Source: Tetramitus jugosus (lineage: Eukaryota > Protista > Heterolobosea). From it: DNA of 64,000 bases. The notes under the pieces were generated by a model, which made no database searches, was not told the DNA's origin, and saw only the letters and a list, made by a program, of their open reading frames with translations. Below are positions 54,671 to 64,000 of the stretch, in pieces. Position numbers and translations under genes: made by a program. Numbering within the stretch: position 1 is the stretch's first letter; every line of letters begins with the position of its first letter. Location: the NCBI GenBank assembly GCA_937625935.1, contig OW569365.1, forward strand, positions 124,001 to 188,000. The letters run 5' to 3'.

Positions 54671-55840
54671 ATGACACTTGCTGGGTATCTTTTGCTGATG
54701 AGCGCAATTCTCGCTGCGTTCTTCTCTGTGCATTTTCGCGGAATTCCACCGCACTCTACCGGAGTCGGCCGTATTCTGTGCGGGGCAAGCAACCTTCTGA
54801 ATACCGTACCTGGCCTACACCAAGAACAGAGCTCCTCTTTCACAGATGTGTTGAGAAGAACAAAGTTGGGCTGGAGATTGATCAACCAACTGACAGAGAA
54901 CAAAGACAGTCCCCATCCAAGTCATTTTGGTGAGTGGGTGAACCGTTACTTGTTTCCATGGGCAATTCCTGATGCCCATACACCATTGTGGTTCAATCGT
55001 ACATTTGAGGTAATTGACTCCAAGCCATACTTTTCTCGTTACTTGTCCAGGAGAAGTTCTATTCCAAAGAGAGAGCGTATTACGATTCTGTATGTGCATG
55101 GAGGAAACTTTATATCTGGCGATGGTGGTATGGCACTGAATAGCCTGTCATCGTTCTTGTCTCAGAACAGTGGTTATGAAGAGTTTGATATCATGCTTCT
55201 TAGCTATGGCTTAGCACCCGATTTTCCTATTCGCCTCATGGTCAATAGTTTGTTTGATGCACATCGTGAGCTCGTGTATGAATTTGAATGCAACCCTTCG
55301 AACATTGTTCTCGTCGGTGACAACAGCGGAGCTACTATAATTTTGAATTTCATCAATGAGATATTGACTCGAAAGAACTTTCCAGAGTCGTTCATTCCGA
55401 AAGCTATTGGTCTTTTCAGCCCATTGGTTGATTTGTCATTCGAAACAACCATGACTAATCGTTCTGATCTCATGATGGACGAACGAGTTGTTCAACATAT
55501 GAACCAGTCATTGTATTCTAAAGAAGAATATCGACCTGAACAGTATTCGCCAGTTGTCTTTAAGAAAATGATTGAGCATCCGTTGTTGCCTCGGATGTTC
55601 ATCTCTTACTCAAAGTGCGAGCGAATCACTGAATCGGTGCAGAAGTTTATTGCAACAGTTCAGAAGGTTCATGGATCAAGTCATGTGACAGAGAGAACCT
55701 TGAGAGAGGGACCAGAGTCATTCCCGTTGTATCACAATTACATTGACCAAGCAAGACAGAGTATGACCGATATGCTGCAGTTATTCCAGGAGCAGGTAAA
55801 AACTCAAGGTAATGAACCAGACCAATCATACACTGAATAA
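54671..55840 (+). CDS. Hormone-sensitive-lipase-family alpha/beta hydrolase-like protein with N-terminal hydrophobic anchor; catalytic motifs degenerate
   Basis: ILYVHGGNF, YGLAPDFP, NIVLVGDNSG (canonical GDSAG), LFSPLVDL and LPRMFI. Confidence 0.8.
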   Translation: MTLAGYLLLMSAILAAFFSVHFRGIPPHSTGVGRILCGASNLLNTVPGLHQEQSSSFTDVLRRTKLGWRLINQLTENKDSPHPSHFGEWVNRYLFPWAIPDAHTPLWFNRTFEVIDSKPYFSRYLSRRSSIPKRERITILYVHGGNFISGDGGMALNSLSSFLSQNSGYEEFDIMLLSYGLAPDFPIRLMVNSLFDAHRELVYEFECNPSNIVLVGDNSGATIILNFINEILTRKNFPESFIPKAIGLFSPLVDLSFETTMTNRSDLMMDERVVQHMNQSLYSKEEYRPEQYSPVVFKKMIEHPLLPRMFISYSKCERITESVQKFIATVQKVHGSSHVTERTLREGPESFPLYHNYIDQARQSMTDMLQLFQEQVKTQGNEPDQSYTE

Positions 55841-56109
55841 ATTAAAATATCTCAGCATTGTCGATCGAGGCAGAGCACCTGTCCAGCAAAACTAATCGTG
55901 AATGGAATGCTCGTCATCCTTTCATGACTCGCAGCGAACATTCTTCTGTTGTGCCCAGCAGAATTGGAAGTTGACGAAGACGGAGTGAGGCAGTCATTAC
56001 CAACAATAGATTCAGATTGTTCCGCTTTTCCTTTCATTGAATCAGTTTTTCCGGTCCAGTCCTTGTTCTTGGAGCTCAACAAACAACAAAGGAACAGAGC
56101 GGCTCTGAG

Positions 56110-57420
56110 ATGAAAAAGGTAGTAATTATAGGTGGTGGTGTTGCTGGATTGACATGTGCCAGCACCCTTACCAATCAATCTTCTCAATTGTTTGATATCA
56201 CACTCATTGAAAAGAAGGATTTTATCGAATCTGGCATCTATTCACTTCGTCTGATGGTACGGCCAGACGAGTTTGAATCCACACACATTTTGCTAAAGGA
56301 TCTGGAGAAACTGTACACAAGGAATGGACATTGCGTCGAGTTTATCACCGGTGCACGAGCAATCTCTCTGAATGATGAATCTGTTGTTAAGCAGGATAAC
56401 AACAACCATGAGAAGGATGGTGATGGTAGTGGTAGTAGTAGTGGAGCGAGGCGGAGATCGGTTACGATTGTGCGTGAAAATGGTAATGAAGCGGAACAAG
56501 AAATGCTGATCGAGTATGATTACTTGGTGTTGGCCACTGGTTCCATGTATTCGACACCGTATGTCAAACCGGATCCGAGCAAGCATGTGAGTAGTGAAAT
56601 GCGAAAAATCGAGCTGCAGACGTTTCACCAGCAGATTCACTCACCAGATAACAATCATGTTGTTGTTGTGGGTGGAGGAGCGCTGGGGTTGGAGCTTGTG
56701 GGTGAATTGGTCGATTTAAACGATACGAGTCGATCAACCAATCCATTCAAGATTACACTAGTCCATAGTCGAATGTTACTCAAGGATCGGTCCAACTCAC
56801 AGTCCATTCATAGTTATATCATGGATTTCATGAAAAGAAAACATGTTGAGGTCATTTTAGGTCATCGCGTTACCTCTGATGGGCCTCATTTTGAACGAGA
56901 TGTCGATCCAACAGTCAAGAAGCAGCTAAAGATTGATCCTAATCCCAAATTGGATGATGTAATACCTTCTACTGTGCGGGAAATCAATGATGCTTCCATG
57001 GTATTCTGGTGCGGCTCACTGAAACCAAGTACAGATTGTCTCGCTCAAGAAAAAGAGAATAGAGTCCCGATAGAAGTGGATTCTGCAGGCTTCGTCAAGA
57101 TCAACACCTATCTACAGTGTGAAGGTTATGAGAATATATTTGCTGTCGGTGATATCAACAATAGTCCTTGCGAGAAGCTCGCAGGAGCAGCTGGAGTGCA
57201 AGCTCAGAAAGCAGCCCGAAACATTATCCAATTGGCTGCCGGAAAGCGTGTATCGTATCAATACAAGGGCAAAAAGATTAGCTCCTATTCGCTGAGCTTG
57301 GGAACAACAGATGCTTACTTTAGTATATCTAACTACATGGTGTTGTGGGGTGGCAAGGCTGCAGCATTGAAGACAAAGAACAGTAAGAACAGAATATTGC
57401 AGCGTCTTCGAAGCGCCTAA
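56110..57420 (+). CDS. AIF-like/FSP1 (AMID)-type FAD-dependent pyridine nucleotide oxidoreductase
   Basis: KKVVIIGGGVAG, YDYLVLATGS, VVVVGGGALGLELVGE, ITLVHS and NIFAVGD. Confidence 0.88.
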   Translation: MKKVVIIGGGVAGLTCASTLTNQSSQLFDITLIEKKDFIESGIYSLRLMVRPDEFESTHILLKDLEKLYTRNGHCVEFITGARAISLNDESVVKQDNNNHEKDGDGSGSSSGARRRSVTIVRENGNEAEQEMLIEYDYLVLATGSMYSTPYVKPDPSKHVSSEMRKIELQTFHQQIHSPDNNHVVVVGGGALGLELVGELVDLNDTSRSTNPFKITLVHSRMLLKDRSNSQSIHSYIMDFMKRKHVEVILGHRVTSDGPHFERDVDPTVKKQLKIDPNPKLDDVIPSTVREINDASMVFWCGSLKPSTDCLAQEKENRVPIEVDSAGFVKINTYLQCEGYENIFAVGDINNSPCEKLAGAAGVQAQKAARNIIQLAAGKRVSYQYKGKKISSYSLSLGTTDAYFSISNYMVLWGGKAAALKTKNSKNRILQRLRSA

Positions 57421-57477
57421 AGAATCCGTCCAACTAACAATCCAGTGTCAATTTTTTAATTATTTATGCAATCTTGT

Positions 57478-58530
57478 TTACACTTTCATACGAAGAATAA
57501 TATCAGCCAGACGGATAGGCAACAATGGATACAAACTGTACACCAGATACTCTGGCCAATGAGACTCGCCGATTATTCTTTCAATGCCATCATAGCCATT
57601 GTTACGTGAGTGGAACAAACATTTGACAATTAGACCAGCAATGTAGCTTGGTGGGTTCAATCTTTTGCTCTTGGTAACTAACTTGTCCCAAGCACTGGAT
57701 GAGCTGGAAGCTTCGGAATCAAACTCTGTGTTTTCAATGAATGGTTTCAAGTGCAGAATCGATGTATCAATACCACCTGGTTCTATACATGACACTCTAA
57801 TTTTCTTGGAGCGCAACTCTCTGCGCAAAACATCAGAAAACATGGATGTGCCTGCCTTTGTCTGAAGAAGAATAATCAAACAAACAAAAGTAAATTAACA
57901 ATACATCATCACACAACATGTTCAATAGGATAGAATGAATGCACTTACCATACAATAATATCCTGAGAATGGGAGAGGCATGAAGCTCAGAATGCTACTA
58001 ATGTTCACGATACAGCTACCAACAGCAGGCTCAATCCTCTCTCCTTCACCTGTTCCCTTTACACGAACCATGTAAGGATACAGTGCCTTTACAATTCTTT
58101 GACTTGCCAACAAGTTGACTTGAGTGAGAAGCATTGTTTCTTGATCAGTCTTGTCCACCAATGCACTCGTGCTCGTTGGAGCAATTCCCGCATTGTTCAC
58201 CACACCAAACACTGGCAATTTCAACTCCTTCACCTTGTCCACCAATTTGGATTCAATATCGGACAAATTGGTCACATCGACGTGAAGCAAGTGAACATTT
58301 TCGCGATCGCCCAATTCTTTCTGGAGTTTCTCTTTTTGGATGTCAGCAGCAATGACCACACAGTTCAATTGGATCAGTTTGTGAACAGTGGCCAATCCAA
58401 TGCCTTGTGCAGCACCTGTGACCACAACAAGTTTCTTTGCTGGATCAATGGGGGTGAGCTTGAAGAATTTGACATGAATAAAGTAGACAATCGTGGTCAA
58501 CAAGATCACAACAAGAGCAGTGACAAGCAT
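57478..58530 (-). CDS. Membrane-anchored classical short-chain dehydrogenase/reductase; intron 57862..57948
   Basis: N-terminal TM, VVVTGAAQGIG, VNNAG, IVNISS, spliced catalytic YCMTK and IEPG. Confidence 0.9.
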
Positions 58531-58647
58531 AGTTGTAGTTGGTTTTTGATGTGTTTGTTGTTTGTTTTTTGGCTTGAAATCTATTTTTCTCTCTGGGAGT
58601 CGAAGAACTTGGGGTGAATGTGATCAGGTTCTCCTGGCTAAGGCGCC

Positions 58648-60027
58648 TTAGTATTGGTATTCATCAAGAAAGTCTGATAATCGTTGATGGTACTCCTTTT
58701 TCCACTTGTTCTCTCTGTGGCGTTTCACGAGTAAGACAGTAGCAATGACAGCAGCCATGACCACAGCTACTAGTACAAACAAGAGAAGAACTGCTAGGGT
58801 AATGATAACTGAAGGTCTGCCTGACTTTTTGAGAGTCGTGTAAGACTGCTTGCAATCACCTTCCTTTTGAGTGTAAAAGGCACCCGTTTCAGGATATCTG
58901 ATATTTTGATTGTTTGAATTGACGAATTTGAAGTAGTATGTTCTGCACTTTGTATCCAATGGGAGATCTACACTAAATGTTCCAAAGTTGGACGATGCGT
59001 CATCATTGAAGGGATATTCATTGGCTAGAGAGATCGATTTCCCGTTCAATACCAGTTCAGCGCTCTTGAGAGCCGAGTACTTGTTCACACTGTTCACATC
59101 AAAGTAATTGGCCATAAATCGGATCTTATGTGAAAATATAAAGTGACTACCAGCAATAATTGCATACTTTTCATCAGGATTAGAACCCGCCACAAGGTTC
59201 TGAGTCCATTGATGATTCAGTGAATCAAATCGTTCGGCCTTCTTTGCATTGTATCCGACACCAGTCACTGTGACAGTTGAATCCATCAAATTGTTCCTTG
59301 ATTCCTCTGATCGTAACCAATCTACAATCACACTTGTAACATCCTCCGTTCCAGTACTTAAATTCTCTGTAATATTGCCATAAGCACCCTTGTACATGTA
59401 CTGCACTCGTTCTTCCATTGTTTTCGAACCATCGCACGAACTATGCGAATAACAACCAGCTTTTGTGTTGAGTTGTCCTGCCATGTCATCTGCATGCAAC
59501 TCTGCGGCAGATTCCAAAAATTGATTTCGCCACACGGGACTCACTGACTCACCCAATACAATCTCACTGTCCTTTGCATGAGTGAGATAGGAGCGTGCGA
59601 ACGAAGCAGGAGACATTCGAACCGCATTTGTCAACACTGTCATGCTTCTCTGATACCAATCCGATGCAAAAATAGGAACACCGTGCTCAACAGTCGAACG
59701 AACACTTGAAAGACCATTCTCCATCATATCTTTAGTAGCAGAGAAGAGCTCTCCTGCTTCTTTTTCCTCCTCTTGTAGTCGTTCTTCCTTGCTAGTCTTT
59801 GAGTCCTCTCTTGTCCTCATTGCAGTCCTCGTCACGATATCAATCGTGTTGAATTCAATGTCATCCAACGAAAGCTCTTCCACTTGATCAGTCTCATGTG
59901 GTGTGAAGACGATTGCTGTCTCACGACAGTTGCCTTGTGAAGCAAAAAAGCAAAAACAGCACAAGAAAAAGCAGAGAAGAGCACCAACACGCAAAAGGGC
60001 AGGTTTACGTGATTGAGTTGGTTTCAT
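58648..60027 (-). CDS. Type I membrane protein with CAP/SCP (bacterial YkwD-like) domain
   Basis: Signal peptide; LTNAVR, AAELHADDMA, YSH, ENLSTG, WLRS...RNNLM, GVGY and WTQNL; C-terminal TM followed by a basic cytoplasmic tail. Confidence 0.8.
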   Translation of the reverse strand: MKPTQSRKPALLRVGALLCFFLCCFCFFASQGNCRETAIVFTPHETDQVEELSLDDIEFNTIDIVTRTAMRTREDSKTSKEERLQEEEKEAGELFSATKDMMENGLSSVRSTVEHGVPIFASDWYQRSMTVLTNAVRMSPASFARSYLTHAKDSEIVLGESVSPVWRNQFLESAAELHADDMAGQLNTKAGCYSHSSCDGSKTMEERVQYMYKGAYGNITENLSTGTEDVTSVIVDWLRSEESRNNLMDSTVTVTGVGYNAKKAERFDSLNHQWTQNLVAGSNPDEKYAIIAGSHFIFSHKIRFMANYFDVNSVNKYSALKSAELVLNGKSISLANEYPFNDDASSNFGTFSVDLPLDTKCRTYYFKFVNSNNQNIRYPETGAFYTQKEGDCKQSYTTLKKSGRPSVIITLAVLLLFVLVAVVMAAVIATVLLVKRHRENKWKKEYHQRLSDFLDEYQY

Positions 60028-60168
60028 TGCGTTATAACGTCACTTCTCTATGCTCTCTTTTTCATTCAAGTGCGTTGTTTGATTGTGTGAGATGTTGGAA
60101 ACCGCTTGTTGGGTATAAAAATGGCCGATAAGGATTTCCGATTCCTTTTTGGAACAATACCAAAGCTT

Positions 60169-62775
60169 TTATGAAGGCAGAATGATGATTGGGTCACTAT
60201 CTTCTTCTTCCTCTTCACGTTCGTCCATGCCCCACAAGATAACAGTGTGGTCATAGCTACCTGTGAGGAGAAGAGGTTTGGTCTTTGACCATTCCATGCA
60301 GGTGATGGGAGCCTTGTGTTTTTCAGAGCTCTGAGAGGTGAAAAAGCTGTTGCTGACCATGTCAAACACAACAGGGATACGGTCAGAATTACTGGTAGTG
60401 CAAGCTAGTCGAGTAGAGGTGCTGTCGAAGGAGAGGAGAGGGAAAGATGCTCCTCCAGTAGGAGAGGTTTGAAGTTCAGCACTTCCTGCACTGTTTCTTG
60501 GAATTACTTTGAGAACTCTGTGAGTTGTTATATCCCAAATTCTGATGGCATCAAGACTTGCAGTTGCGAGGCATTTTCCGTTGGAGGAGAATATAGCAGA
60601 TTGGACAATGGTTGGTTGTGCAAATGCTTGGTAGCTCCAATTTGAAGCATCAATGAACATCAAGGTTCTGTCAGCGCCGTAGCTCACCAATAAGTTACTG
60701 TCAGTTGGTGACCATAGCGCTTTAAAGACACTATAGCCATTGTGGAGGTCTAATTGAGAAACCACTAGCCCCAGATTAGGATTGATTATCGTAACTCTTC
60801 CATCTGAGCTGGCGCTCGCGATCATAGGTAGCTTGTCAGATGAGACCCCGCTTGTTGATTGCCACTCTATGTTATTTATCGAACCCAGACTCTTATTGAT
60901 TTTGAAGATACATCTTTGTTTTTTAACATCCCAAATATATACAATTCCATCCAGACCTCCTGCGGCCAGTGTGGAGTTATCCGGACCCCAAGACAAACAT
61001 TGAATTGGAAGCCGATGACCACTTAAACAATCTGTTGAATGTTGAACTGAACTCCAATCGGATCCCTTCTTCTCTGTTCTTTGACGAGTCATGCCAATCT
61101 TTCTCTTCATATCGAATGCTAACATAGTACCATCTGGAGAATGGACCAAATAGGATGAAGAAGAGCAGGACTCCTCTGTTTTTAAGAGATCAACTTGGAT
61201 TATGTTTTCTGTCGACGAGTTAAGACCATAATAGCGAGTGACAAAACTTCCAGATATTGCCACCTTGTCAGAACGATGTGACCAGCATACATTTCTAACA
61301 GGAACATTAATATTTGCTATTGTTTGGACAAACACTATCTGGTATACTATTGTTGGACGATGGGCAGGAGGAATTGGAGATTCGCCCACTGTCTCCATTG
61401 TTGAATGTTCTTCTGGTTGCTCTTCAGCAATTTGATCAGTAAAGTCGAGAATAACTGGTTCTGGGCGCGTTGGTAACTTTGAAAGCTCTGGAAATAAGTT
61501 TCGGATAACATTGGATCGTCGAATCGAGTCTAGGTGTCCTCCTTTGAAGAGGGTATTTGTACATTCGCTCTTGTTGAAAAAACTAGTAGGAATAATCCTG
61601 CTTCTCAGGAGTAGTTCTTCTTCCTCGATATTTAACTCCGAGGAATTCGAATCATAGAGAGACACGTTTAAACCTGTTCCTCTAGGTCCATCATATCCCA
61701 ATTCGTCAGGTATAATTGGAGGAGTTGTCTTCCTCAATTCGCTAAACTTTACTCCTTCAAAGAACTTATGGTTTCGTATCTTATCTGCTGAATAAGGAGA
61801 GTTTGGTTCCCCACATCCCAATCGTTTATCTATATCAACAGTCAGAAGTTGGTCTATCAAATCTTTCGCATCTTCAGGGATGTGAGAAGGCCAGTAAATG
61901 TCCTTGTCTACGATCTTCTGACATGTTATGGCCATACTAGAACTAAAGAAGGGAGATCTTCCACAAAATAATTCATATATTATGCATCCATACGCCCACC
62001 AATCAACACTACACGAGAAGAGTGTTAACATACTTCCATATCTGAGAGAAGAAAACTCATGTCATACCCTTTGCCATATTTGTTATTTTGCACAATCTCA
62101 GGTGCTAGATACTCAACTGTGCCACAAAAGGTATGAGTTCCGTCATGTTCGATACTCTTTGCTATTCCAAAGTCCACGAGCTTCAGATGTCCATCACCTG
62201 ACAGTAATAAATTTTCTGGTTTCTGTGATACCAATGTTCGTCAACAAGTCATCCTAAATACAAGTAGGAAATGAATAGGAAGTACGTACTAAATCTCTAT
62301 GTACAATATTGTTTTCGTGAATATAAATGATCGCTTCGAGTAATTCTGCCATGTAAAATCGAATCACTTCTGTCGTTTCCTTCTTCTTTCGCCTTACTCG
62401 AACAAACAATTCACCTCCACTAATCAGCTCCGTAATAAAATATAACCTCTTATCATCAGCAAAAGTAAAGTATAATCGTAGCACATTGTCGTGATTCAAC
62501 TTCAATAGGATATCTCTTTCTGTCTTCACATATTTTGTCTTTGTTTCCAAGGTTCAGTTAGTGCATGGGTCAGCTAATTCAAGAGATTCTGATATCTCTC
62601 TTACCTGATTTTTCTTGATCAAGTTCTCTTTTTGTAAAATTTTAGCAGCATACTGAATGTCTGTGGTTTTGTGCTTGCACAATCTCACTTGACCAAAAGC
62701 TCCTTCGCCTAATACTTGCCCAAATTCGAATTGATCTTTCGTGATACCAGTGATATTCGCTCCCGTTCCCTCCAT
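60169..62775 (-). CDS. AGC-family Ser/Thr kinase fused to C-terminal WD40 repeats; introns 62539..62604, 62223..62289, 62009..62067
   Basis: [66 protein letters not shown] and RLGC. WD40 motifs [12 protein letters not shown]...YIWD and [10 protein letters not shown]...SYDHTVILW. All three introns splice in frame. Confidence 0.9.
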
Positions 62776-62992
62776 GAACCAAAAATCAGCTACTCTTATT
62801 TGTTGCAGATCCAATGTCGTACTGCTGATAAAACGTAAATCTAGATAGTCCGACAGATAGTCGTAGTTTTATGGCCTTTCCCTCCAAAAAAAACGTTACA
62901 TTTTGTATGAGAGACATTGTTTTTTTCAATTGGCTGATCATGCTTGAACGAAGATCCCATAAGTGTAACTTGAATCTATCATAGCCAAAGAT

Positions 62993-64000
62993 ATGCCTGA
63001 AGAGAAAATTCCCAAAAAGGTAGGAAATCAGGTCGTTCTCTCTGATGAAGATCAAGACGAACCCACTCAAGAAGACATTCAAGAGTATGCAAAGTGGCTA
63101 GGGTTGAATCCAGAGAAAGATACAGATTTACTATGGATAGCACTGGAGGGAATTAGGGCTCCACTTCCAGATGGATGGAAACCCATTCAATCTGAGAACG
63201 GTGAACTATACTTTTTCAACTTTAGTACAGGAGAGAGCAGGTGGGACCACCCTCTGGATCAATTTTATAAAGATCTCGCACAAAAAGAACTCGAACAAAA
63301 GAGTCAAAGAAAGGAAAAGAAATCTAGTTCGAAGCTAAGGACCTCTGTCAAGATTGAGAAGAGAAGAAAGAAGTTCTCTCTCGGTGATGCTGAAAGAGGG
63401 AGAAGTAACTCTAAACTACAGCCTTTGCTGTCCTCGAGTATCAAGGAAAAGTCAACAAAGAGTGATGATGAGACCAATAGAGGAACAATGTTGTTAAAGA
63501 ACTTGGATCTGAACAGTTCTGATACTGCACTTCTCTCGAAGACTATATCTCGGGCAAAATCTTCAGCTCATATGTTTCCTAGTAGTGAAGAAGAGACAAC
63601 AAGTGTTTCTAGTGGACATCCCGATAGTGATTTCGAGGATAGCGGAAGAAGCAATCCTCTCGCAAAGCAGAGAGTTTCGGATGAAGATATGGAAAGAGAG
63701 ATTACGAGGAAAGAAAACGAATCTTTACGAATAGAGGTCGAAGAATTGAAGTCGAAATTGATTTTACTTAGCAAAGAAAAGAGTGATGTGGAAGAACAAC
63801 TAGAGGACAGCACGAAGAAAAATGAGATATTACAAAAAGAAAACAGAGAAATCCAAGAAGAATACAAAATCCTGTTGAACCGCCAAGTACAAGAGCAAAC
63901 AGATTACGAGAATGAGTTGCAGAATCTCAATAAGACAAAACTAGGTGTTCAAAAAGAAATTACATCCTTGGAGTTGGAGAAGCGCTCAATTGAAAACTCA
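62993..64000 (+). CDS. CEP164: CEP164-like centriolar distal-appendage protein (N-terminal WW domain, coiled coil), 3' partial
   Basis: Manual translation from ATG 62993 gives PTQEDIQEYAKWLGLNPEKDTDLLWIALEGIRAPLPDGWKP...YFFNFSTGESRWDHPLD. The frame appears open to the window end, which is why it is absent from the ORF track. Confidence 0.88.
   Translation, partial: MPEEKIPKKVGNQVVLSDEDQDEPTQEDIQEYAKWLGLNPEKDTDLLWIALEGIRAPLPDGWKPIQSENGELYFFNFSTGESRWDHPLDQFYKDLAQKELEQKSQRKEKKSSSKLRTSVKIEKRRKKFSLGDAERGRSNSKLQPLLSSSIKEKSTKSDDETNRGTMLLKNLDLNSSDTALLSKTISRAKSSAHMFPSSEEETTSVSSGHPDSDFEDSGRSNPLAKQRVSDEDMEREITRKENESLRIEVEELKSKLILLSKEKSDVEEQLEDSTKKNEILQKENREIQEEYKILLNRQVQEQTDYENELQNLNKTKLGVQKEITSLELEKRSIENS

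Overview
Gene-dense eukaryotic nuclear DNA in the standard genetic code, with short GT-AG introns, very short intergenic spacers and poly-Q/N/H tracts. The gene style (secreted-domain/multi-TM/RGS fusion, Crinkler-like NTPase, CEP164) suggests a free-living amoeboflagellate protist, possibly heterolobosean (inference, not proven). There are about 35 protein genes. Housekeeping genes include Pth, SRP receptor beta, SmgGDS-like, ATG3, GH20 hexosaminidase, MECR, MST/Hippo kinase, MED18, PMS2, PARG, mitochondrial aconitase and CEP164. A gene-poor island at ~27.8-32.3 kb holds two copies of a MITE with 3-bp TSDs, a 77-bp inverted duplication, a piggyBac-like transposase relic and a decayed ORF. The best candidate for an undescribed system is a tandem array of three intronless dynamin/Mx-like GTPases (17.8-24.7 kb). 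They have patchwork-homogenised GTPase domains, a hypervariable loop at the predicted stalk tip, and a shared TTCGAAGGA-N3-TCCTTCGAA palindrome 70-90 bp upstream of each ATG. They lie next to a defensin-like secreted precursor and F-box genes, so this may be an innate-defence neighbourhood. Other notable items: a tandem acetoacetate decarboxylase with one intact and one degenerate domain plus a predicted mitochondrial presequence, an F-box-like/VLRF1 (Vms1-type) fusion, an AGC kinase-WD40 fusion, and a putative lineage-specific transcription factor. All family calls come from motif recognition by eye; no database search was run.
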